Positions 25,294 to 37,144 of a stretch of DNA of 64,000 bases are shown here, piece by piece. The notes beneath the pieces were generated by a model. That model was not told where the DNA came from. It saw only the letters and a list, made by a program, of their open reading frames with translations, and ran no database searches. Origin of the DNA: Octopus bimaculoides (taxonomy: Eukaryota); assembly GCF_001194135.2 (NCBI RefSeq), contig NC_068986.1:66622136-66686135 (forward strand), read 5' to 3'. A program made the translations under genes and the position numbers. The stretch's first letter is position 1. Every line of letters starts with the position of its first letter.

Positions 25294-26260
25294 NNNNNNN
25301 NNNNNNNNNNNNNNNNNNNNNNNNNNNNNNNNNNNNNNNNNNNNNNNNNNNNNNNNNNNNNNNNNNNNNNNNNNNNNNNNNNNNNNNNNNNNNNNNNNNN
25401 NNNNNNNNNNNNNNNNNNNNNNNNNNNNNNNNNNNNNNNNNNNNNNNNNNNNNNNNNNNNNNNNNNNNNNNNNNNNNNNNNNNNNNNNNNNNNNNNNNNN
25501 NNNNNNNNNNNNNNNNNNNNNNNNNNNNNNNNNNNNNNNNNNNNNNNNNNNNNNNNNNNNNNNNNNNNNNNNNNNNNNNNNNNNNNNNNNNNNNNNNNNN
25601 NNNNNNNNNNNNNNNNNNNNNNNNNNNNNNNNNNNNNNNNNNNNNNNNNNNNNNNNNNNNNNNNNNNNNNNNNNNNNNNNNNNNNNNNNNNNNNNNNNNN
25701 NNNNNNNNNNNNNNNNNNNNNNNNNNNNNNNNNNNNNNNNNNNNNNNNNNNNNNNNNNNNNNNNNNNNNNNNNNNNNNNNNNNNNNNNNNNNNNNNNNNN
25801 NNNNNNNNNNNNNNNNNNNNNNNNNNNNNNNNNNNNNNNNNNNNNNNNNNNNNNNNNNNNNNNNNNNNNNNNNNNNNNNNNNNNNNNNNNNNNNNNNNNN
25901 NNNNNNNNNNNNNNNNNNNNNNNNNNNNNNNNNNNNNNNNNNNNNNNNNNNNNNNNNNNNNNNNNNNNNNNNNNNNNNNNNNNNNNNNNNNNNNNNNNNN
26001 NNNNNNNNNNNNNNNNNNNNNNNNNNNNNNNNNNNNNNNNNNNNNNNNNNNNNNNNNNNNNNNNNNNNNNNNNNNNNNNNNNNNNNNNNTAAAGAGGAGA
26101 ATGAATGTTGGAGCTGACACTCGCCCTTGGTGTTCAGGGTAATCTTGGATTGGTGGGCACCCAAATTGGCCTTATTTGGAGATCCTCCTCTGTCAGGAGA
26201 ACTGAGTTATCATCATGCCTAAGTGTATTTCATTTTTCTTTTGTCTCATTCACATCCTCG

Positions 26261-26730
26261 GATCGAGCTGGATGACGAACAAAAGTGTGGAGTGGAGTGA
26301 AAGCTTTTGAGGAGGCCAGAATGACACATGCAAGACTGAAAAAGGATTTAGAGAAGAATGTTGCGATCGAGAAGGTGAATCTCAGTGACCTCTTGTGTGC
26401 ACAGTTTGTGACAGATCATGCCTTTCTTTTGTTGAGCACAAATCTCATTTGCGGATCCACGAAAAACGAATCTCCCCCAGCTACTCTGCCTATATATCTG
26501 TGCATATCTTTCAATGCCGTGTATGCCAGAAGGTTTGCAAATCTAACGGAGGCCTCAAAAGACATTTCAAGATTCACAAATATCAGAACTTAACTGCAGC
26601 TCTTGGCGGTCCAAATCAAATATGTAATCTATGTGGGTGTCTTTTCAATACATTGTCTGGTTTAAAAAGCAGCCACATGAGACGCCGTGATGGATCTAAG
26701 GTATAAGTACAAGAGGTGGTCAGGTTTTGC
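26261..26730 (+). mobile_element. RTE-like LINE 3' end with three C2H2 zinc fingers (copy 2)
   Basis: DRAG*RTKVWSGVKAFEEARMTHARLKK is an RTE-type C-terminal helix; followed by CTVC..HLRIH, CRVC..HFKIH and CNLC..HMRR. Confidence 0.8.
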
Positions 26731-26776
26731 ATATGGTGTAGATAACCATATATATGTATGTATATTGCGTGGTATA

Positions 26777-26962
26777 TAGGCGCAGGATTAGCTTGTAATA
26801 GGCGCAGGAGTGGCTCATAGGCTCAGGAGTGACTTGTAATAGGCGCAGGAGTGGATACATGGTAAGTAGCTTGCTTACCAACCACATGGTTTTGGCTTCA
26901 GTCCCACTGCGTGGCCTCGTAAGTGGATTTGGTAGACGGAAACTGAAAGAAGCCCGTCGTAC
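26777..26962 (+). mobile_element. SINE family A head with four-fold 5' motif and an internal deletion
   Basis: TAGGC(G/T)CAGGA motif at 26777, 26799, 26818 and 26840; ends GGAAACTGAAAGAAGCCCGTCGTA. Confidence 0.85.
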
Positions 26963-27504
26963 ATATATATATATATATATATNNNNNNNNNNNNNNNNNN
27001 NNNNNNNNNNNNNNNNNNNNNNNNNNNNNNNNNNNNNNNNNNNNNNNNNNNNNNNNNNNNNNNNNNNNNNNNNNNNNNNNNNNNNNNNNNNNNNNNNNNN
27101 NNNNNNNNNNNNNNNNNNNNNNNNNNNNNNNNNNNNNNNNNNNNNNNNNNNNNNNNNNNNNNNNNNNNNNNNNNNNNNNNNNNNNNNNNNNNNNNNNNNN
27201 NNNNNNNNNNNNNNNNNNNNNNNNNNNNNNNNNNNNNNNNNNNNNNNNNNNNNNNNNNNNNNNNNNNNNNNNNNNNNNNNNNNNNNNNNNNNNNNNNNNN
27301 NNNNNNNNNNNNNNNNNNNNNNNNNNNNNNNNNNNNNNNNNNNNNNNNNNNNNNNNNNNNNNNNNNNNNNNNNNNNNNNNNNNNNNNNNNNNNNNNNNNN
27401 NNNNNNNNNNNNNNNNNNNNNNNNNNNNNNNNNNNNNNNNNNNNNNNNNNNNNNNNNNNNNNNNNNNNNNNNNNNNNNNNNNNNNNNNNNNNNNNNNNNN
27501 NNNN

Positions 27505-27505
<1 letters not shown>

Positions 27506-27553
<48 letters not shown>

Positions 27554-27751
27554 CATGCATACATACATACATACATACATACATAAATACATGCATACGA
27601 CTACTTGCACACAGCACACACACACACAAATATCCATACATCTTATCAACGTTTTTGTGGTTAGTCCTCATCCATCATTCTGGTGGCAAATAAAATATCC
27701 ATCTTATTATTATTATTATTGTTGTTGTTGTTGTTATTATTATTATTATCA

Positions 27752-27818
<67 letters not shown>

Positions 27819-27959
27819 TAAATAGATGTGAAATATGCGTCCGCTTCTCTATTTCATCCGTACAGATATAAATTATATAAAGCACAAACTTTTATCATGA
27901 TATTTATAATTATATATGTAACCATACAAATATGAATAAGTAAATTAATGCAAACACAG

Positions 27960-28004
<45 letters not shown>

Positions 28005-28215
28005 GCATGTGTATGTACACGCACCCATATGCATAAAAAATATGTACAAATATAGATATATATGTGTGTGTGTGAGCATATATGCACTGATGCATGCATA
28101 CATACGTACATATATACATACATACGTACATACATACATAAATACATGCATGTATGCATGCATGCATATATATATAAATACATATACGCGCACAGACGTA
28201 TCTAGTTACATAGAT
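27506..28215. repeat. TA/CATA/TTA microsatellite field
   Basis: Directly visible. Confidence 0.9.
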
Positions 28216-28645
28216 GAATATATGGAACAAAAGTAACTTTCGGAAATAAAACTCCTGATTGGATAGCTGTATGACAGATCAATAATAATCTATAAATGCA
28301 CGAAATGATAGCAAGAAATGTCATTTAGGATTGAGTAATGAAAAATGATTGAAACTAAGACCAATTAAGATAGTAAAATTGTTCGCGGCTTGTTGAAAAA
28401 ATGAATCTGTATAATAAACGAATTATTAAAGCAACTCCTTTGACATAAGTCTTTTTCCCCACTTACATTGTTCTAGCAAAAGATTACTATTTTCTTATAT
28501 TGTAGACACATGAGTTCACGGATGTAATTTGTAGTAATGGTAACATTAGCTTACTCTTTGGAATTAAGTACCGGGTGACTGACTTGCAGTGAAGTTAAGG
28601 GTGAAAAAGAGACATTTATACCTCACTCATAGGATTTGTGGCGGC

Positions 28646-28646
<1 letters not shown>

Positions 28647-28709
<63 letters not shown>

Positions 28710-28724
28710 TAATAATAATAATTA

Positions 28725-28762
<38 letters not shown>
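28647..28762. repeat. (TAA)n then (TTA)n tract
   Basis: Directly visible. Confidence 0.95.
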
Positions 28763-28765
<3 letters not shown>

Positions 28766-29140
28766 TCCGCTTTAGCGAAGGTGGAGGTATTGTTTTCAGT
28801 CGTGTTTGTTTGTTTGTTTGTTTGTTTGACTGTGGACAAAATATTTCAAGAACCGCTGGATGGTTTCGGATGAAACTTTCAGGGATGTTTGGCTACGTGA
28901 CTGGCACGAACTGATTAGATTTTGGGATTGATCCGCTACCAGATAAAGATTCTGGATTATTTTTCCGATTTTTTAAAACTTAATTTTTGAGAGCGGTCGG
29001 GTTCATTTTTTGTATTCTTCTTCGTGAGAGCAGTCGAGTTTATTTCAGATATTCTCATTTCAAAAATCATCTCTGGCTAATGATTGAGAGGACGTTGGTG
29101 TTGCCTTGGAGGAGGTTTGCGCTATCTGAGTGCTCTTGTT
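28761..29140 (+). mobile_element. Helentron-associated interspersed element (HINE/DINE-1-like)
   Basis: 5' subterminal ACCTCCGC (28763) within a 5' hairpin; internal (GTTT)n; 3' subterminal CTTGGAGGAGGT (29105-29116); short 3' hairpin GCGCT-ATCTG-AGTGC; T-rich ends. Confidence 0.7.
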
Positions 29141-29142
29141 GC

Positions 29143-29412
<270 letters not shown>

Positions 29413-29419
29413 AACAACC

Positions 29420-30600
29420 ATTGAATCCAACCAGATGGTTACTCTAGAAGCACTATCTGGTGAAGCACTATCGGTGATTCAAGAGAAACTAGTGATAGAC
29501 ACCCATCTAAAAGAACGCACTAGTATACCAATAAGAAACTTGACGGAAATGTTGACCTTCCGTATAGAAACTACCTACTTCAGAATGGACACTGATGTAT
29601 ATCGACAAAAAGTGGGTTTTGCTATGGGTTCGCCATTATCACCGATAATAGCCAATATATGCATGAAATACTTTGAGAATTTGGCTTTAGGATCAACACC
29701 ACTAAAACCAACCCTATGGCTGCGATAGTTTGATGCCACCTTTATACTCTGGCCTCACCAAGAAGATCTCCAAGCGCTGTTAGATCATGTGAACTCAATA
29801 AAACCATCCATACAGTTCACAATGGGAAAGGAAAAAGACAATCAGCTAGCATTGTTGGACGTATTAATAACACGCATCAAGTATGGATTTAAGATATCCG
29901 TATACCGCAAGCCGACCTTCACTGGACGATACCTCAACTTCAACTCCCACCATCTATACAGTGTAAAGAGAGGGATTGCCCAGTGCCTAAAACATCGAGC
30001 AATGAATATAAGTAGCGATCGTGATACCCACCACGAAGAAATGATCCATCTCAGTAACAATCTATTAAGCAACAACTACCCCCAAAACATACTATCCACT
30101 CCAATTATGAAGAAAAGAGGGGATGAAACCAATAAACTGTCCACAGTCTGTCTACCCTATGTAAAAAGCCTCTCCGAAAAGATACAAAAGATATGCGGCA
30201 CATATGGCATCAGGACAGTATTCAAGAGTAATACTACACTTCGCAAATATCTCCTTCGAGTAAAACCACCAATATGACCAAAAAACTGCGCATACTCCAT
30301 CCCATGCAGCTGTAGTAGGTTATACAAAAGCGAAACATGTCGCCCCCTCAAAATAAGGGTAGAGGAACATCGAGGAGATATTGATAAATCAGGTATAGCT
30401 GATCATGTATGGAAAAATGGAGACCACCTCCTCCTGTGGGATGAAGTTAAAATAATAGACAGAGAACACCACTGGAAAATACGAAAACTAAAAGAAGCAG
30501 CACATATGCTTGGACACAACAACCTCCTAAGCAGATCGAGTGCAGATATGAATAGCATATGGGAACGGGTATTAAGGAAGGATAGGAAAATATTAGATTT
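29420..30600 (+). mobile_element. Penelope-like element, RT C-terminal half + GIY-YIG pseudogene
   Basis: YRQKVGFAMGSPLSPIIAN, LWLR*FD, IQFTMGKE..LALLDV, VYRKPTFTGRYLNFNSHH, VCLPYV, YSIPCSC..Y..ET.R.L..R..EH, WDEVKII. Confidence 0.93.
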
Positions 30601-30654
30601 ATAATCCTTAAAATTCACTCCAAGATTCCGAGTTCGATTCCAGGCAGTGACATG

Positions 30655-30791
<137 letters not shown>

Positions 30792-30981
30792 NNNNNNNNN
30801 NNNNNNNNNNNNNNNNNNNNNNNNNNNNNNNNNNNNNNNNNNNNNNNNNNNNNNNNNNNNNNNNNNNNNNNNNNNNNNNNNNNNNNNNNNNNNNNNNNNN
30901 NNNNNNNNNNNNNNNNNNNNNNNNNNNNNNNNNNNNNNNNNNNNNNNNNNNNNNNNNNNNNNNNNNNNNNNNNNNNNNNNN

Positions 30982-31093
30982 TGTAAATAATGGACAAATA
31001 TCCGTCAAATGTAAATAATGGACAAATATCCGTCAAATGTAAATAATGGACAAATATCCGTCAAATGTAAATAATGGACAAATATCCGTCAAA
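30982..31093. repeat. Four perfect tandem copies of a 28 bp unit
   Basis: TGTAAATAATGGACAAATATCCGTCAAA at 30982, 31010, 31038 and 31066, with no spacers. Confidence 0.95.
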
Positions 31094-31199
31094 TGTAAAT
31101 AATGTAAATAATGTACATAATTCCTCATCTCTTAAATATAGAACATGCTAATTCAGTTAGCCGGTATTTTATCTTGATGTTTGGTAACAAGTAACCTCA

Positions 31200-32028
31200 A
31201 ATCTCAAATTTCCATTGGACCGGTTAAGCTACTCGGAATCTGGCTTGCTCCTTAGCCTCAAGTGGATTGGAAATGGAACCGAAAAATCAAGGTAGTTTTA
31301 CCCAAAAATGGGCTGAAAGGATGCTGTCCTTAAGAAGGTGGGCAGAGATGGCAAATGCCTTCGTCACCTCCGTTACTGCTTACTGCCTGACCGTTGTACT
31401 TTGTTCCAGACCCCGCCTGATCAAATAGAAACGTCCATTATTCAATTTCTTGTGGAAGGGTCGCATTCAACTTGTCAGGCGGTTTATCTGCTATCAGCAC
31501 TCTCTGCATGGGAGCTAAAGCATGCCGTAGCTGCTGATGCACAGACAAGCGCCGAGGCTGCGTCACCTGCAAAGTTTTCTAGTCGGCGAATGGGTGTGGG
31601 GTGAAGCAAAGATCGACACTGGGCGCCGAGCATCTTGAATGTTATCAGACGCTCACAGCTCTCTATATCATTAGGGCAACGGAATCGGATGTTCCACTCG
31701 AACAGTTCATGGAGGTTTAGTGGCGGGGATGAGTGGCAACGTTCCCGGGAAGACATTGGTGGACGAAACTTTCCTCTTTGGTTGAGCCCTGTTTTTACTT
31801 GAAAAGGAAGGTGAGAGTGGTGAGAGAGGTACTGTTCTCGAGTGAATTAACTGAAATGTAGGTGAAAGTGATGGAAATGGCAAGAATGGATAGCACCACT
31901 CAACGTATGGACCTGTAAATCGGAGAACAAAAAGTTGTTATTGGTGTTCAGGGAGATCTTGAATAGTGGGCTTACACGGTTGGCCATTGATGGAGGTCGT
32001 TGTGTATCAAGAAGATCACATCAAGAGG
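31200..32028 (+). mobile_element. Tx1/L1-clade LINE remnant (post-RT region)
   Basis: QKWAERMLSLRRWAEMANAF and PLFNFLWKGRIQLVRRFICYQ..HGS*SMP match W..R.LSL.GR and F.FLW.G...V.R..C.....GGL.MP. Confidence 0.7.
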
Positions 32029-32260
32029 AAGGCGGCGAGCTGGCAGAAACGTTAGCACGCCGGGCGAAATGCTTAGCGGTATTTCGTCTGTCGCTATGTT
32101 CTGAGTTCAAATTCCGCCGAGGTCGACTTTGCCTTCATCCTTTCGGGGTCGATTAAGTAAGTACCAGTTACGCACTGGGGTCGATATAATCGACTTAATC
32201 CGTTTGTCTGTCCTTGTTTGTCCCCTCTGTGTGTAGCCCCTTGTGGGCAGTAAAGAAGTA
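32029..32260 (+). mobile_element. SINE family B, full-length and apparently young
   Basis: Complete head to tail (AAGGCGGCGAGCTGGCAGAAACGTTAGC...GTGGGCAGTAAAGAAGTA); AAGAGG occurs on both sides as a possible target-site duplication. Confidence 0.93.
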
Positions 32261-32629
32261 AGAGGATCACATCCTCATCCTTTCTCCTTCACTCGCTTGA
32301 CCTCCTTCTTCCATTTCTCTTTCCTTCTACCCCTATCAACCCAGTTCTCTCTCATGTCACTTCCTGTTCACGTTTGAGGCTCCCTTGGTCCTGTCTTATT
32401 TATCAGTTAGAGTCAGGTTTTTAGAGGATGCAAAATTCTGCTAAACCATTAATTTCTCTTCTGTTAACTATTCCTTGAAGAAAGTCTCGATCCGAAATGT
32501 TGAATTTTCTACTCCCACGACAAGTTCTTTTTTTGTCGATTTTAATAAGTAATAGTTTTTACCGACGCAGATCAACACCAGTCTCTGGATTCAGTTTGAT
32601 TACGTATATGGAATATATAATCTACCTAA

Positions 32630-32849
32630 TTGCCTGCCTGCTTGCCGGCCTGCCTACCTACGTACGTACGTACGTACGTACGTACCTACCTACCTGTCTA
32701 CTTGCTTGTCTGCCCACCTACCTACCTACCTACCTACCTACCTACCTACCTACCTACCTACTTGTCTACCTACTTACTTACCTACCTACCTACCTACCTA
32801 CCTACCTACCTACCTATATGCATACTTACATGCCTACATACCTACTTAC

Positions 32850-32939
<90 letters not shown>

Positions 32940-33025
32940 TGCTAGCTATATATCTATCTGTACATACGTACATACATACATACAAACAGACATACAGACA
33001 GACAGGCACATACACTCACACACAT
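32630..33025. repeat. Compound GCCT/TACG/TACC/TATC/TGTC tetranucleotide array
   Basis: Directly visible; explains ORFs 32497-33189 and 32630-33178. Confidence 0.95.
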
Positions 33026-33918
33026 ACGGGTGCTATTTGGGTTGGTTCGTTTTTATTATCTTTTTATGTTTTAAACATGGCAATGTCCGTTTTGATTTAT
33101 GTTCTTCAATTAATTTATATGTTTACGGTTCAGGGAAGATACAGTCCCTTCCTTTTGGTTATGTTTGTTACCTTGTGAAACTGGGGTAGCTTTCCTTTGG
33201 TTATTATTGTTTTCTGCATTTTATTGATTTATGTGTTTATAACTTAATTTTTTCAATTTATATATTTAATAACTTCTGTTTACCACATTTAGTTGGTTTT
33301 TATGTTTTATATTTTTGATGTTCAATAGTTCTTTACCTAAACTATACATAATACACACATACACACACACACACATAACTCATGTATATATATATATATA
33401 NNNNNNNNNNNNNNNNNNNNNNNNNNNNNNNNNNNNNNNNNNNNNNNNNNNNNNNNNNNNNNNNNNNNNNNNNNNNNNNNNNNNNNNNNNNNNNNNNNNN
33501 NNNNNNNNNNNNNNNNNNNNNNNNNNNNNNNNNNNNNNNNNNNNNNNNNNNNNNNNNNNNNNNNNNNNNNNNNNNNNNNNNNNNNNNNNNNNNNNNNNNN
33601 NNNNNNNNNNNNNNNNNNNNNNNNNNNNNNNNNNNNNNNNNNNNNNNNNNNNNNNNNNNNNNNNNNNNNNNNNNNNNNNNNNNNNNNNNNNNNNNNNNNN
33701 NNNNNNNNNNNNNNNNNNNNNNNNNNNNNNNNNNNNNNNNNNNNNNNNNNNNNNNNNNNNNNNNNNNNNNNNNNNNNNNNNNNNNNNNNNNNNNNNNNNN
33801 NNNNNNNNNNNNNNNNNNNNNNNNNNNNNNNNNNNNNNNNNNNNNNNNNNNNNNNNNNNNNNNNNNNNNNNNNNNATATATATATATATATATATACATA
33901 TATACATATATATACAGA

Positions 33919-34786
33919 CAAGGAGTTCGGGCTAAATTTGACATTTTTTATGTCTCTTTTTCTCAGGAAATTGGTAAGCGTTCAATGACGTTGGAAAGCA
34001 TTAAGTTTTAAGTTGTAGTTGAGAAAAAGTTAGCTGACACAGAGGACGGAAAGTCGTCTGAATATTGGAAATGGGTTACCTGTATCATGATGATTCGCAC
34101 CGGGTGTCAAAATGCAGACATCACGACTGCTGCTCAATGTTCTATAAAGGCTGTAAGACATGACACGGGTAACAAGCAACGGAGACTACGGACCCGCGGC
34201 CAGTAGAAAAGGTGCAACAGCTGTTTTGGCTCAGATCGCACGCTGGAATCCATAACCACATCTTTGAACAGGGCCTTAAGCTCAATTTAGACGACTATGT
34301 GAAGCTGCTGGAGACTGTAGTCAAACCCAGGCTGGAAGGAGTCGCTGCTGGAAGGTAATATGTGTGTGACAGTAGGATTCGGCTCCTTGCTATACGTCGA
34401 GAAAGAGCTGGAAGTAGTTGGCGGAGAATTTCTACGACTTAATCAGTCGTAATTTCCAGCCTCGTATTTCTCTCGATTGTAATCTCATGGATTACAATCT
34501 GTGGAGTGTGGTTGAGAAAGACACCGACCACTCTGCTCTCAACATCAAGGAGATATTCGAAGGTCTTCCGAGGGACACAGTAAGGTACGCACGGGTAAGT
34601 TTGCGGAGCTGATTTGAGGCCGCGAGGAAAGCTGAGGGCGGCTACTTTGAGCAACCCTCAGCAACCCTACTTTGAGCATAATTTAGTTGATACATTTTGA
34701 GGTTGTGAAAATATTTTCTTCTTGGGTGGAATATTGTGTTTTGTTCTCTGGTTATGCAAACTGTCATATTTAACCCGAACACCCTG
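33919..34786 (+). mobile_element. Tc1/mariner-superfamily transposon, internally deleted (maT/DD37D-like)
   Basis: 25 bp TIRs (33919-33943 and 34762-34786, 21/25 identical); Q*DSAPCYTSRKS..ENFYD..SLDCNLMDYNLWSVVEK catalytic region. Confidence 0.85.
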
Positions 34787-34792
34787 TGTGTA

Positions 34793-34861
<69 letters not shown>

Positions 34862-34899
34862 GTATACACTGTTGAATTTCGGGTTGGTCATTTTATTTT

Positions 34900-35240
34900 A
34901 TTTTATTTTTCATTACCAGATAAGCATACGCACTATATATTCGTTCTTTACTCGTTTATTGCTGTTCTTATTTTAACTCATGTCCATTGTCCGGAAATCT
35001 TTCGTCACACATCTGCAACCTCTTCAGCGTCACTTTCTGTCCTCGTGTGTGCTCCTGCTCCGCTTAGTCCATGTATATGTATGTCTATGACCAGTTTCAC
35101 CGAGCAGATTCTAATCAAACTATGCTATGGCATAAGACACTCGCTCAAGCCTTTGTGCAGTGTGATCGGCCTCGGAGCCACTTCGTTTGGAATCGAACAG
35201 TGTCTGTACTCATCTGAAAAACGAAAAGCTCAGTGACTCA
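34900..35240 (-). mobile_element. Possible PLE terminal-repeat-like segment with a hammerhead-like motif
   Basis: GC-richer block carrying CTGAAGA-stem-GAAA at 34990-35030 and a downstream AATAAA. Confidence 0.35.
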
Positions 35241-37144
35241 GCCTGTTGTAATTTTAAAAAGAATACACAAAGAATGCTTTTAAACTTTACCTAAAGTCTT
35301 TATCATTTAATAGATCAATTCTTTCTTGCCACTTAGCAATAAAATCTTCAATATGTTCTTTATACTAGACTTAAAAATAAAAACAAAATATAAGTCTTTC
35401 TCCTCGATCAAATAAATAGTTTAGTCATAAGCGGTCTTTTACAAAATAGTTAAAAGGTTCCACATTCTCATAAACGAAACCAACTTTATGTTGCATTTGC
35501 TTTGTCATTGGGTCTTTTGAAAATAAATTTCCACGATCAATATTGGACAAAAGATTATTTCTAAACCATCTATTGATTTATTCTAAATCACTAACTCGGC
35601 CAGGACTAAAGCAATAAGTGTTCCTTCACAACTGACTGGACATCTCTTTCCACCAATCAAATCTAAACCTTTTACTTTGTAAAAATCTCGAAATGTTCTC
35701 GTATTTTTGTATAACAGATTTTGACAGATGTCTTGAAATATTGATTTCTCTCGGATAAGTCACGCTGTTAATATTTATAGAAAAGAGATATAATCAAATA
35801 AATCGACCCCAGTGTACTACAGGTATACATCATATATATATATATGTATATGTATGTATGTATAATAAAAAAAGGGTGGCTTATTAGCAATTAGAACCTA
35901 AAGGCAAAATTAATAGGTTAATCACCATCCCTTACAAAACAATTTCTGATATTTGTACATAGCCAAATATTTATAAGAAAAATATAAGCCAATGAACATG
36001 TCTAGTATTAATTTTAACGACTGTGGTATATAGTTAAGCTAAGTGTCTTCTGCAAATGAGATTTATGTAACCAGGTCATAACATAAACAGAGCTTTTCAC
36101 TCCTCATACAGGAAAGCACGAACCCAACAGCTGGTTAACTGGCGTCTTATTCACTCCCTTATAAGCGGATCTTTTGTTAAAGAAAGGTGAATAATGGTAT
36201 CAAAATATGAAATCGAAAACAAGATCAAAAGACAGAGCTAGGCAACAAAAAGGAAAACATACAAATGGAAAGTACGTAATGCTATGATTAACATTCTGTA
36301 TATCAAAAACAAGATTGAAGTTTCAAAATTTGGATGCCATAGTACCCAGTATATGAAATGATATATTTTAAAAATTTGTTATATTCCAATTGACTTTATG
36401 ATGTCGTTTACTGCAGGGAGTTTTTTTTTTAATTGAAGTCGATAACAATTCTCTTCTAATGAATATATATTGTTAAATAAAAGAAAACTGTTTTCAATGA
36501 ATTAAATTTTCTTGCAGGTGGAAAAAAAAACTTATCTTCAACAAAAGATCGGTAATGGCATTCTTGTGAAGATTTAATAGCGATATCGACAGACACCAAA
36601 GGAGAGACTGCTTCTCTAGTATGGTGCCAGGAAAATTGCTGATTATGATTACATGTTTCTTATGTGTTTAGATCATAGACATGTATTTTAGTTCGGATCT
36701 TTAACCTGGATTATATATATATATATATGCATTGCTTTAAAATTTATATATATATATATATATATNNNNNNNNNNNNNNNNNNNNNNNNNNNNNNNNNNN
36801 NNNNNNNNNNNNNNNNNNNNNNNNNNNNNNNNNNNNNNNNNNNNNNNNNNNNNNNNNNNNNNNNNNNNNNNNNNNNNNNNNNNNNNNNNNNNNNNNNNNN
36901 NNNNNNNNNNNNNNNNNNNNNNNNNNNNNNNNNNNNNNNNNNNNNNNNNNNNNNNNNNNNNNNNNNNNNNNNNNNNNNNNNNNNNNNNNNNNNNNNNNNN
37001 NNNNNNNNNNNNNNNNNNNNNNNNNNNNNNNNNNNNNNNNNNNNNNNNNNNNNNNNNNNNNNNNNNNNNNNNNNTATATATATATATATATATATATATA
37101 TGCATATATATATATTGGTTGAAAATGCAATACCAAAATTTATA

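Noticed and set aside
26395-26706. Host C2H2 zinc-finger gene
   Set aside because: It follows an RTE-type C-terminal helix, has a 5'-truncated dispersed paralogue at 6905-7274, and shows frameshifts and many non-synonymous differences.
30982-31093. CRISPR-like 28 bp repeats
   Set aside because: Units are directly adjacent with no spacers, in a eukaryotic retroelement context.
36112-36186. 75 nt AG..GT-bounded open segment (KARTQQLVNWRLIHSLISGSFVKE)
   Set aside because: No recognisable protein or in-phase neighbouring exon; within chance expectation.
35180-36560. Insulin-degrading-enzyme (M16) processed pseudogene
   Set aside because: Scattered motif resemblances (KRF..KE, LLS..GN, IEDF, DKFF.P) need several large in-frame deletions to align. 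Not supportable without an HMM search.
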